DNA of 32,000 nt from Vibrio alginolyticus NBRC 15630 = ATCC 17749 (GTDB lineage Bacteria > Pseudomonadota > Gammaproteobacteria > Enterobacterales > Vibrionaceae): NCBI RefSeq assembly GCF_000354175.2, contig NC_022359.1, positions 1,500,001 through 1,532,000 of the forward strand, given 5' to 3'. The notes under the pieces were generated by a model that saw only the letters and a program-made list of their open reading frames with translations, searched no databases and had not been told where the DNA came from. A program made the translations under genes and the position numbers. Below, in pieces: positions 1 through 7,188 of the stretch (the first letter of the stretch is position 1; each line of letters opens with the position of its first letter).

Positions 1-330
1 TTTAAAGTTTTGCAGGGCAGCCTCTTCCAATTCTCTTATATATTTTCCACTCACACTTCAAAACCTCTCTCCTATTTCTGGCGTACGCCTCATTAAAGCT
101 ACGTCTGATTTAATGCTTTTTCTTTGCTAAGAAGGCACACATATTTATTTAAATAGACAAAGCATCAGGTTTGGGGTGTAAAGTGTAAACACGGCGTGCA
201 AAGAAAGTTAGATTGCTTTTTCGCTTTAGGCTGACGACTCTAATGTGAATATAGTCGCACCTTATTGGGAGTTCCCCAATACAACGAATAACAACAAACG
301 ATGCGCCACGCTTTCTCAGTCAGCTTGATC

Positions 331-366
331 AAAAAATCCCACGGCTTTAACACCGCGGGATTTTTC
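331..366 (-). terminator. Rho-independent terminator downstream of the symporter gene 388..2145
   Basis: Hairpin ATCCCACGG-loop-CCGCGGGAT with one mismatch. On the minus strand it is followed by a T-run, and it lies about 20 nt after the stop codon. Confidence 0.7.
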
Positions 367-387
367 ATTGAGAGTCTTTAACTTTGG

Positions 388-2145
388 TTAGCTTTTCGCG
401 TTAGCTAACTTTGGGCTTTTAGGCCCTCGGGCTGCGTTCACCAATAGAACACCCACCGAGAGAACAATCGCACCACACAAGATAAACAGTAGTCGACCAG
501 ATGGTTCATTTGGAATTAGAGCCATAGCTAGGATACCGAAGCCCGCTACGCTGATAAGCTTACCAAGCATGCCGCGCTGTTTTGTATCTAGGTTCTGCTG
601 CTCTTCGCTGTCAGCCACAAGTGGCGTATTCCAGTTCTCGAACAATTGGTCCACTTCTTTCTCACGTTCAAGTGATAGACCTTTGTAGAAGCGCGTTGTC
701 AGCAAGAAGAAACCACCGGTGAAGATAACGTGTGCCGCTAAGCTCAAGCCAACTTTTAGGTCTGCCCACTCACGTCCTGTAAACGCTTGCTCTAGACCGA
801 ATAGGCGCTCTACATCTTCTGCTTGTAGTGAGATACCGAAGATGTAAGAAACAAAGCCACCAACAACCAGTGTTGCCCAACCAGCCCAATCCGGCGTCTT
901 ACGAATCCACATACCAAGTAGTACAGGAATCAGCATTGGGAAACCAATTAATGCACCGACGTTCAGTACGATATCGAACAGGCTCAAGTGACGTAGTGAG
1001 TTAATGAATAGACCGATACCAATGATGATGAAGCCCATCACGATAGTCGTTGCTTTACTCACGATAACCAGTTCTTTTTGCGACGCTTGTGGACGCACAA
1101 TCGGGCTGTAGAAGTTCATCACAAAGATGCCCGCGTTACGGTTAAGACCAGAGTCCATTGAAGACATGGTCGCCGCAAACATTGCTGACATCAGAAGACC
1201 CACCATACCTGCTGGCATTACGTTTTGTACGAATGCTAGGTAAGCTGCATCACCACCTACTGAGCCGTATTGCTCTGCGAAATCAGGCATAAATGCCGCA
1301 ACGTACCAAGGTGGTAGGAACCAGATGATAGGACCAACAATCATCAGCACACATGCAAGACCTGCAGCTTTACGTGCGTTTTCACTGTCTTTTGCACATA
1401 AGTAGCGGTAAGCGTTGATGCTGTTGTTCATGACACCGAACTGTTTAACAAAGATGAACACAACCCAAAGGATAAAGATACTGAAGTAGTTCAGGTTGTT
1501 ACCCAGCATGAAGTCGCCGTGGAAGTTCGACACGATGTTGCCAATACCGCCACCATGGAAGTATGCCGCCACCGCACAAGTGATCGTCACTGCCATGATA
1601 ACCAGCATCTGCATAAAGTCAGATGCAACAACTGCCCAAGAGCCACCCGTTACCGCCATTAGCATTAGCACTAAACCCGTAACGATGATGGTCGCTTCCA
1701 TAGGAATGTTGAAGACCGCTGCCACGAAAATCGCAAGACCATTCAACCAAATACCGGCTGAGATCAAGCTGTCTGGCATACCAGCCCAAGTGAAGAACTG
1801 CTCTGAAGTCTTACCAAAACGTTGACGAATTGCTTCAATCGCCGTCACTACACGTAACTGACGGAACTTTGGAGCAAAGTAGAGATAGTTCATGAAGTAG
1901 CCAAATGCGTTGGCTAAGAATAGGATTACAACAACGAAACCGTCATTGAACGCGCGTCCTGCGGCACCTGTAAACGTCCATGCTGAAAATTGCGTCATGA
2001 AGGCGGTAGCACCTACCATCCACCATAACATCTTACCGCCCCCTCGGAAGTAGTCACTGGTTGAGGTAGTGAACTTACGGAACATCCAACCAATTGCAAC
2101 TAAGAAGAAGAAGTAGGCAAGAACAACAAGAGTATCAATAGTCAT
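388..2145 (-). CDS. toaA: Sodium:solute symporter family (SSF) transporter, probable oligoalginate/unsaturated uronate importer
   Basis: 585-aa ORF that is hydrophobic throughout. The N-terminal block SDYFRGGGKMLWWMVGATAFMTQFSAWTFTGAAG is typical of SSF transporters. It is a close paralog of 24962..26743. The symbol comes from recollection of the V. splendidus alginate cluster, where toaA sits next to eda/kdgK. Confidence 0.9.
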   Translation of the reverse strand: MTIDTLVVLAYFFFLVAIGWMFRKFTTSTSDYFRGGGKMLWWMVGATAFMTQFSAWTFTGAAGRAFNDGFVVVILFLANAFGYFMNYLYFAPKFRQLRVVTAIEAIRQRFGKTSEQFFTWAGMPDSLISAGIWLNGLAIFVAAVFNIPMEATIIVTGLVLMLMAVTGGSWAVVASDFMQMLVIMAVTITCAVAAYFHGGGIGNIVSNFHGDFMLGNNLNYFSIFILWVVFIFVKQFGVMNNSINAYRYLCAKDSENARKAAGLACVLMIVGPIIWFLPPWYVAAFMPDFAEQYGSVGGDAAYLAFVQNVMPAGMVGLLMSAMFAATMSSMDSGLNRNAGIFVMNFYSPIVRPQASQKELVIVSKATTIVMGFIIIGIGLFINSLRHLSLFDIVLNVGALIGFPMLIPVLLGMWIRKTPDWAGWATLVVGGFVSYIFGISLQAEDVERLFGLEQAFTGREWADLKVGLSLAAHVIFTGGFFLLTTRFYKGLSLEREKEVDQLFENWNTPLVADSEEQQNLDTKQRGMLGKLISVAGFGILAMALIPNEPSGRLLFILCGAIVLSVGVLLVNAARGPKSPKLANAKS

Positions 2146-2207
2146 TTTTTCAGCCTTTCAAGTTTGATCATTTTCTAACGTCTAGACTACTCTTCTCATA
2201 ACCCCAT

Positions 2208-2218
2208 TTGTACTACAA
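2208..2218. promoter_or_regulatory. Predicted GntR/FadR-type operator (site A) TTGTACTACAA
   Basis: Palindrome fitting TNGTNNNACNA, 63 nt upstream of the symporter ATG. The extended match TATTGTA[G/C]TACAAAT is shared with site L at 24893. Confidence 0.55.
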
Positions 2219-2229
2219 TAGGCTTTAAT

Positions 2230-2245
2230 TGTGATCTAAAGCATA
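2230..2245. promoter_or_regulatory. Possible CRP-binding site
   Basis: TGTGATCTAAAGCATA. The left half TGTGATCTA matches the CRP consensus TGTGA-N6-TCACA well; the right half matches 3 of 5. Confidence 0.3.
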
Positions 2246-2337
2246 AGTTATTCAACGAAAAAAACACGTCAAATCCCTTACTTTCTTAGACCAATGGCTT
2301 TCTAGGAGATAATTGCCACTCAGAACACCTCAACATA

Positions 2338-2348
2338 TTGTAATACAA
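2338..2348. promoter_or_regulatory. Predicted GntR/FadR-type operator (site B) TTGTAATACAA
   Basis: Perfect TTGTA-N-TACAA palindrome with an ATA flank. A degenerate copy TTGTCTAATTG follows directly at 2350..2360. It lies in the 450-bp region upstream of the symporter. Confidence 0.5.
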
Positions 2349-2531
2349 ATTGTCTAATTGAAATTTATTAGAGTATGGAATATTTTTCTTCTTCGCGCTT
2401 TGTCTGAAGATCAAAAATGCGCGGCATTTCTTTGAAGGAAACGTAATGAGATGTTTCGAAAAAATTGGATAGAAAGTAGGATTTATATGAATGCGATTCT
2501 TAACTCTCGCCTCTTTCAAACTTTCAAACAC

Positions 2532-2559
2532 AAAAAAGCGAGCACTGATGCTCGCTTTT
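2532..2559 (-). terminator. Rho-independent terminator after eda (roughly bidirectional shape)
   Basis: Stem GCGAGCA, loop CTGA, stem TGCTCGC, flanked by A6 and T4. On the minus strand it gives hairpin plus T6, about 37 nt after the eda stop. Confidence 0.8.
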
Positions 2560-2595
2560 CATTCTTTCGCTAGTTTTATCGGGGTGTTACGACAC

Positions 2596-3219
2596 TTATG
2601 CTACGTGAGCTACTGCGTCGCGAACCAGTGTCCCTAGTTCATCCCACTTACCTTCATCGATAAGTTTTGTTGGCACCATCCAAGTGCCGCCACATGCCAG
2701 TACTGAAGGGATAGACAGGTACTCGTCTACGTTACCTAGGCTCACGCCACCTGTTGGCATGAATTTCACTGGGTAAACCGCCGTTAGTGCTTTAAGCATA
2801 CCAACGCCGCCAGATGGCTCAGCAGGGAAGAACTTAAGTGTACGCAGACCCATTTCCATCGCTTGCTCAACTAGGCTTGGGTTGTTTACGCCAGGTACGA
2901 TAGCCACGCCTTTGTCTAGGCAGTATTGAACCGTGCGAGGGTTAAAGCCAGGGCTTACGATAAAGTCCACACCAGCTTCGATCGCTTGGTCAACTTGCTC
3001 GTTAGTTAGGATCGTACCTGCACCGATCAGCATTTCTGGGAACTCAGCGCGCATAGCACGAATCGCTTCTGCAGCACACTCTGTGCGGAACGTGATTTCT
3101 GCGCAAGGCATACCGTTTTCAACCAACGTGCGGCCTAGAGGGATCGCATCTTCTGCTTTGTTGATGGCAATAACAGGAATTACTTTTAGGTTTGCTAATT
3201 GTTCGTTTAATGTCGTCAT
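2596..3219 (-). CDS. eda: 2-dehydro-3-deoxyphosphogluconate (KDPG) aldolase
   Basis: 207 aa. The blocks LKFFPAEPSGG (Schiff-base Lys region), FMPTGGV and CGGTWMVP are collinear with E. coli Eda. Confidence 0.95.
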   Translation of the reverse strand: MTTLNEQLANLKVIPVIAINKAEDAIPLGRTLVENGMPCAEITFRTECAAEAIRAMRAEFPEMLIGAGTILTNEQVDQAIEAGVDFIVSPGFNPRTVQYCLDKGVAIVPGVNNPSLVEQAMEMGLRTLKFFPAEPSGGVGMLKALTAVYPVKFMPTGGVSLGNVDEYLSIPSVLACGGTWMVPTKLIDEGKWDELGTLVRDAVAHVA

Positions 3220-3261
3220 AAGAGTGTACTCGTCGTCGTTAACTTGAGTTCAATAAATCAC

Positions 3262-3291
3262 TGCGGAGCGCCGATTACTCAACGCTCCGCA
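3262..3291 (-). promoter_or_regulatory. Intercistronic hairpin between kdgK and eda
   Basis: Perfect 9-bp stem TGCGGAGCG/CGCTCCGCA with a 12-nt loop in the 78-nt kdgK-eda spacer. On the minus strand only a weak U-rich tract (GUGAUUUAUUG) follows. Confidence 0.35.
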
Positions 3292-3297
3292 AAAGAA

Positions 3298-4230
3298 TTA
3301 CAAAGGAAGATCTGGCATCACTTCACGTGGAATGATGGCACCTTTATGTTGAATTACCGCGCCAGCCATACAGTGGCCAGAGTAAGCCGATTCCGCTGCA
3401 TTGCCGCCAGTCAAGCGCTTCGCCAAGAAGCCCGCACTGAAAGAATCACCAGCCGCTGTTGTATCAATCACGTTGTCGACTTTGTTTGACGCCACGTATT
3501 GCGCTTCGCCATTCGCCACAACCAAGCAATCTTTGCTACCACGTTTGATGATGATTTCATCCACGCCCAGTGCAGAGGTTCTCTCGATGCACTGTTCTAG
3601 ATGCTCGTCACCGTAAAGCATTTGCTCATCTTCAAATGTGAGCAGTGCGATATCTGTGTGCTTAAGGATCTTAAGGTACCAAGACATGGCATTCTCGCGG
3701 CTTTCCCACAATTTAGGACGGTAGTTGTTATCGAAAATAACCTTACCACCTTGTGCCTTGAAGCGCTCAAGGAAGCCAAACAGTTGTGTCTTACCTTCTT
3801 CAGTAAGGATCGCTAATGTAATACCGCTCAAGTAAACCGCATCGTACGAGTAAAGTTTGTCAACTAATAGCGGAGACTCGTTTTGTTCGAATAGGAACTT
3901 AGCGGCCGCTTCGTTACGCCAGTAGTGGAAGTAACGCTCGCCAGTTTCATCGGTTTCGATGTAGTAGATACCTGGTTGCTTTTCTTTAACGGAAAGAACC
4001 AGACTAGTATCGATGCCCTCTTCTTGCCATGCTGATAGCATTTCTTGGCTAAAAGGATCGTTACCCAGAGCCGTTACATAGCTGGTTTTGATATCGTGAG
4101 CTTTGGTCAAACGAGATAAATACAGTGCGGTATTCAACGTATCACCACCGAATGACTGCTTTAGCTGACCTTCCTTTTTCTGTAGCTCAACCATACATTC
4201 GCCAATGACCGCGATGTTTAATGATTTCAT
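3298..4230 (-). CDS. kdgK: 2-dehydro-3-deoxygluconokinase (KDG kinase), PfkB family
   Basis: 310 aa. Collinear with E. coli KdgK (IAVIGECM, FGGDTLNT, YWRNEAAAKF, GGKVIFDNNYRP, DTTAAGDSFSAG). The RBS AAGGTG precedes the ATG. Confidence 0.95.
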   Translation of the reverse strand: MKSLNIAVIGECMVELQKKEGQLKQSFGGDTLNTALYLSRLTKAHDIKTSYVTALGNDPFSQEMLSAWQEEGIDTSLVLSVKEKQPGIYYIETDETGERYFHYWRNEAAAKFLFEQNESPLLVDKLYSYDAVYLSGITLAILTEEGKTQLFGFLERFKAQGGKVIFDNNYRPKLWESRENAMSWYLKILKHTDIALLTFEDEQMLYGDEHLEQCIERTSALGVDEIIIKRGSKDCLVVANGEAQYVASNKVDNVIDTTAAGDSFSAGFLAKRLTGGNAAESAYSGHCMAGAVIQHKGAIIPREVMPDLPL

Positions 4231-4264
4231 GTTGTCACCTTAGCAACTGAGGTTGCGCTATAGA

Positions 4265-4606
4265 TTATTTTAAGAAGTCTTCACGAGCTGGGTTGAAGAT
4301 GTCTAGAAGAATGCTGTCTTGCTCTAGTGCAACCGCACCGTGCATCATGTGCTTACGAGCAAAGTATGCATCGCCTTCTTTAAGTACTTTCTTCTCGCCT
4401 TCGATTTCTGCTTCAAAGCTGCCACGTACCACGTAACCGATTTGATCGTGAATTTCGTGAGTATGCGGAGCGCCAATCGCGCCTTTGTCGAAACATAGGT
4501 GAACCGCCATTAGGTCATCTGTGTAAGCAACAATTTTACGTTTGATACCGCCGCCTAGCTCTTCCCACGGGTTCTCATCTAATACAAAGAAAGAATTCAT
4601 CGTCAT
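4265..4606 (-). CDS. kdgF: Cupin-domain protein KdgF (linearisation of unsaturated uronate to DEH)
   Basis: 113 aa with the cupin motifs GAPHTHEIHDQIGYVVRG and GDAYFARKHMMHG. It sits upstream of kdgK-eda. The AGGAG position suggests the true start may be the third codon (ATG at 4600). Confidence 0.85.
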   Translation of the reverse strand: MTMNSFFVLDENPWEELGGGIKRKIVAYTDDLMAVHLCFDKGAIGAPHTHEIHDQIGYVVRGSFEAEIEGEKKVLKEGDAYFARKHMMHGAVALEQDSILLDIFNPAREDFLK

Positions 4607-4767
4607 ACTCCTAAAAAGTCTCTATTAAAGCGAACCCTACGGCACTTCATTCTTAACCATGCTTTATTAAAAGGTCCTCTTAAAAAAGCGTCGTATTGAT
4701 AAAAGTGAAACGCGAAGCGAAAGGGTCTGCTGTCGAATTGGTAACGAGCATATCCGATCTTCTTTAA

Positions 4768-4778
4768 TTGTCATACAA
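4768..4778. promoter_or_regulatory. Predicted GntR/FadR-type operator (site C) TTGTCATACAA
   Basis: Palindromic TTGT-N3-ACAA in the divergent kdgF/oalB control region. ATTGTCATACA is shared with site G at 17907. Confidence 0.5.
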
Positions 4779-4792
4779 TATATCTAAAAATA

Positions 4793-4808
4793 TGTGATAT
4801 TCATCAAA
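4793..4808. promoter_or_regulatory. Possible CRP-binding site
   Basis: TGTGATATTCATCAAA, which reads TGTGA-N6-TCAAA. It is nearly identical (13 of 14) to TGTGATATTAATCA at 14406. Confidence 0.4.
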
Positions 4809-4960
4809 CGGTGCTCGTTAAAGCATTCCACTTAACGATTGATAACGCCGAAACATCAGTCACAACAAGGATTATCACAACAATACAAATCAATGGGTTA
4901 GCTAAATTCGCGTGATTTCACTCTCCCTTTTTGCCACAAAAACTACACCCAAACTTAATA

Positions 4961-4971
4961 TTGTATTACTT
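4961..4971. promoter_or_regulatory. Predicted GntR/FadR-type operator (site D) TTGTATTACTT
   Basis: ATATTGTATTAC is shared with site E. It lies 50 nt upstream of the preferred oalB start, and the right half-site is imperfect. Confidence 0.4.
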
Positions 4972-5020
4972 TATAGAAAGTTTAAGAAAACAACACACTT
5001 CATCTGAGGGTGGTAAAGAA

Positions 5021-7186
5021 ATGACTACACAACCGATTTTGTTGACTGAAGCAGAAGTCGAACTACTAAGAAAGGAAGTCGGAAAGCCGAGCTTAATGGG
5101 CAAATCCATTGAAGCGAATCGCAAGGAACTTGAAGCCTTCATGCGTCTGCCTCTAGACGTACCAGGTCACGGCGAAGCGGGTGGCTACGAGCACAACCGC
5201 CACAAACAAAACTATACCTACATGAACTTAGCGGGTCGTTTGTTCTTGATCACTCAAGAAGAAAAGTACGCGCAGTTCGTTAAAGATCTTCTCGCTATTT
5301 ACGCAGAGAAGTACCTCACTTTTGATTTCCACGTACAGAAAAACACTAACCCAACAGGTCGTCTTTTCCACCAGATCCTTAATGAACACTGTTGGTTAAT
5401 GTTTACTAGCCTTGCTTACTCTTGCGTGGCATCAGTGATGACAGAAGAAGAGCGCACAGCCGTTGTTGAGCGCATTTTCGAACCAATGCTAGACATGTTC
5501 ACAGTGAAATACGCGCACGATTTCGACCGTATTCACAACCACGGCATCTGGGCAGTTGCGGCTGTTGGTATTTGTGGTCTAGCTATTGGCAAACCTGAAT
5601 ATCTAGAGATGTCGGTATACGGTCAAGACCGTGATGATACTGGCGGCTTCCTAGCGCAAATCTCGCAACTGTTCGCCCCTTCTGGTTACTACATGGAAGG
5701 TCCGTACTACCATCGTTATGCGATTCGTCCAACTTGTGTATTTGCAGAAGTAGTACACCGTCACATGCCTGAAGTAGACATCTACAACCACAAAGACAAA
5801 GTGATTGGCAACACAGTACAAGCGATGCTGGCAACGGCTTACCCGAATGGTGAGTTCCCTGCCCTAAACGACGCATCTCGTACCATGAGCATTACCGACA
5901 TGGGTGTTCAAGTTGCAGTGAGCGTTTACAGCAAACACTACGGTATGGATGACAACATCCTAGGCATGGCGAAGATTCAAAACGCCGTTTGGATGCACCC
6001 TTGTGGTCTTGAGCTTTCTCAAGCCTACTATAAAGCCATCGCAGACCGTGAAATCGGTATGCCTTTCTGGCCAAGTGTGGAACTAAACGAAGGTCCAACT
6101 GGTAACAACGGAGCACAAGGCTTTATCCGCATGCAGGATAAAACCGGTGATGTGTCACAGCTTGTGATGAACTACGGTCAACACGGCATGGGACATGGTA
6201 ACTTCGATACGCTTGGCATTACCTTCTTCAACCGTGGTCAAGAAGTGCTGCGTGAATACGGCTTCTGTCGCTGGGTAAACGTTGAGCCTAAATTCGGCGG
6301 GCGTTACCTAGACGAAAACAAATCGTACGCACGTCAAACTATCGCGCACAACGCGGTAACGATTGATGAGCAATGTCAGAATGGTTTCGATGTAGAGCGC
6401 GCTGATTCGGTACACGGTTTGCCTCACTTCTTCAAAGTAGAAGGCACTGAAATCAATGGTATGAGCGCGTTTGCGAACGACCATTACCCAAATACAGACA
6501 TGCAGCGCAGTGTGTTCATGCTTAGCCTAGATGAGCTTGAAGCACCGCTACTGCTAGACCTTTACCGCATCGAAGGTGAAGGCGAACATCAGTACGACTA
6601 CTCTCATCAATACGATGGTCAAATCGTACGTACTAACTTTGATTACCAAAGCTTTGGTGAACTGAGCACGCTTGGCGATGACTTCGGTTACCAACACCTT
6701 TGGAAAGTAGCAAGCGGCAAAGTGCAAGATACGGCGCTGGTTAGCTGGCTACAAAACAACACCTACTACACTTGGTTAGGCACAAGCAGCAGCGCGAAAC
6801 AGAACGGCGATAATGAAGTGATCTTCACTCGCACTGGCGCCAATGACCCAAGCTTTAACCTACGTAGCGAGCCAGCATTCATTCTGCGCAGCAAGGGCGA
6901 ATCGACACTATTTGCTTCTGTGCTAGAAACACACGGCTACTTCAACGAAGAGTTTGAGCAATCGGTGAATGCACGTGGTCAGGTGAAAGATATCCGCGTC
7001 GTGGGTTACAACGCCGTTGGCAGCATCGTAGAAATCACGACTGAAAAATCACTGGTTACTGTGATGATCAGCAATGTGCTAGGCGCTGACGACCAAACCC
7101 CACACCAAGTAGAATTGAACGGTAAAACCTACAGCTGGAATGGCTTCTACTCTCTAGAAGTGAACGCATTCGGGCAGGAGAAATAA
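5021..7186 (+). CDS. oalB: Exolytic oligoalginate lyase, PL17 family (alginate-lyase N-domain plus heparinase II/III-like C-domain)
   Basis: The ORF track starts at TTG 4931. I prefer ATG 5021 (RBS GAGGGTGG), which gives 721 aa, the same length as the paralog downstream. Motifs seen: GHGEAGGYEHNRHKQNY, HNHGIWAVAAVG, YYMEGPYYHRY. No signal peptide, so the protein is probably cytoplasmic. Confidence 0.9.
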   Translation: MTTQPILLTEAEVELLRKEVGKPSLMGKSIEANRKELEAFMRLPLDVPGHGEAGGYEHNRHKQNYTYMNLAGRLFLITQEEKYAQFVKDLLAIYAEKYLTFDFHVQKNTNPTGRLFHQILNEHCWLMFTSLAYSCVASVMTEEERTAVVERIFEPMLDMFTVKYAHDFDRIHNHGIWAVAAVGICGLAIGKPEYLEMSVYGQDRDDTGGFLAQISQLFAPSGYYMEGPYYHRYAIRPTCVFAEVVHRHMPEVDIYNHKDKVIGNTVQAMLATAYPNGEFPALNDASRTMSITDMGVQVAVSVYSKHYGMDDNILGMAKIQNAVWMHPCGLELSQAYYKAIADREIGMPFWPSVELNEGPTGNNGAQGFIRMQDKTGDVSQLVMNYGQHGMGHGNFDTLGITFFNRGQEVLREYGFCRWVNVEPKFGGRYLDENKSYARQTIAHNAVTIDEQCQNGFDVERADSVHGLPHFFKVEGTEINGMSAFANDHYPNTDMQRSVFMLSLDELEAPLLLDLYRIEGEGEHQYDYSHQYDGQIVRTNFDYQSFGELSTLGDDFGYQHLWKVASGKVQDTALVSWLQNNTYYTWLGTSSSAKQNGDNEVIFTRTGANDPSFNLRSEPAFILRSKGESTLFASVLETHGYFNEEFEQSVNARGQVKDIRVVGYNAVGSIVEITTEKSLVTVMISNVLGADDQTPHQVELNGKTYSWNGFYSLEVNAFGQEK

Positions 7187-7188
7187 TA

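Noticed and set aside
1-330. A long ORF-free region at the left edge, checked for a gene start running off the window and for RNA genes.
   Set aside because: The only candidate minus-strand ATG (91..93) hits a stop after 11 codons. I recognise no tRNA-like or known sRNA sequence. Only a small hairpin (about 264..282) is visible. There is nothing supportable.
1496-1825. 109-aa + strand ORF inside the symporter gene. Similar nested or antisense ORFs occur at 2933..3247, 3244..3489, 3401..3616, 3597..3779, 3601..3816, 5583..5876, 5892..6116, 7585..7782, 7871..8056, 8191..8901, 9870..10172 and 10710..10919.
   Set aside because: All lie inside, and mostly antisense to, long ORFs with clear family motifs. 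They have no RBS and their composition simply mirrors the opposite-strand codons. They are treated as shadow ORFs.
2286-2531. 81-aa minus-strand ORF in the eda/symporter intergenic region.
   Set aside because: It is AT-rich and low-complexity with no RBS or recognisable motif. It spans the region that holds operator-like site B and the probable symporter promoter, and it abuts the eda terminator. It is most likely non-coding control DNA.
4931-5020. TTG-initiated 30-codon N-terminal extension of oalB in the ORF track.
   Set aside because: The extension covers operator-like site D and has no RBS. ATG 5021 has GAGGGTGG upstream and yields exactly the 721-aa length of the downstream paralog.
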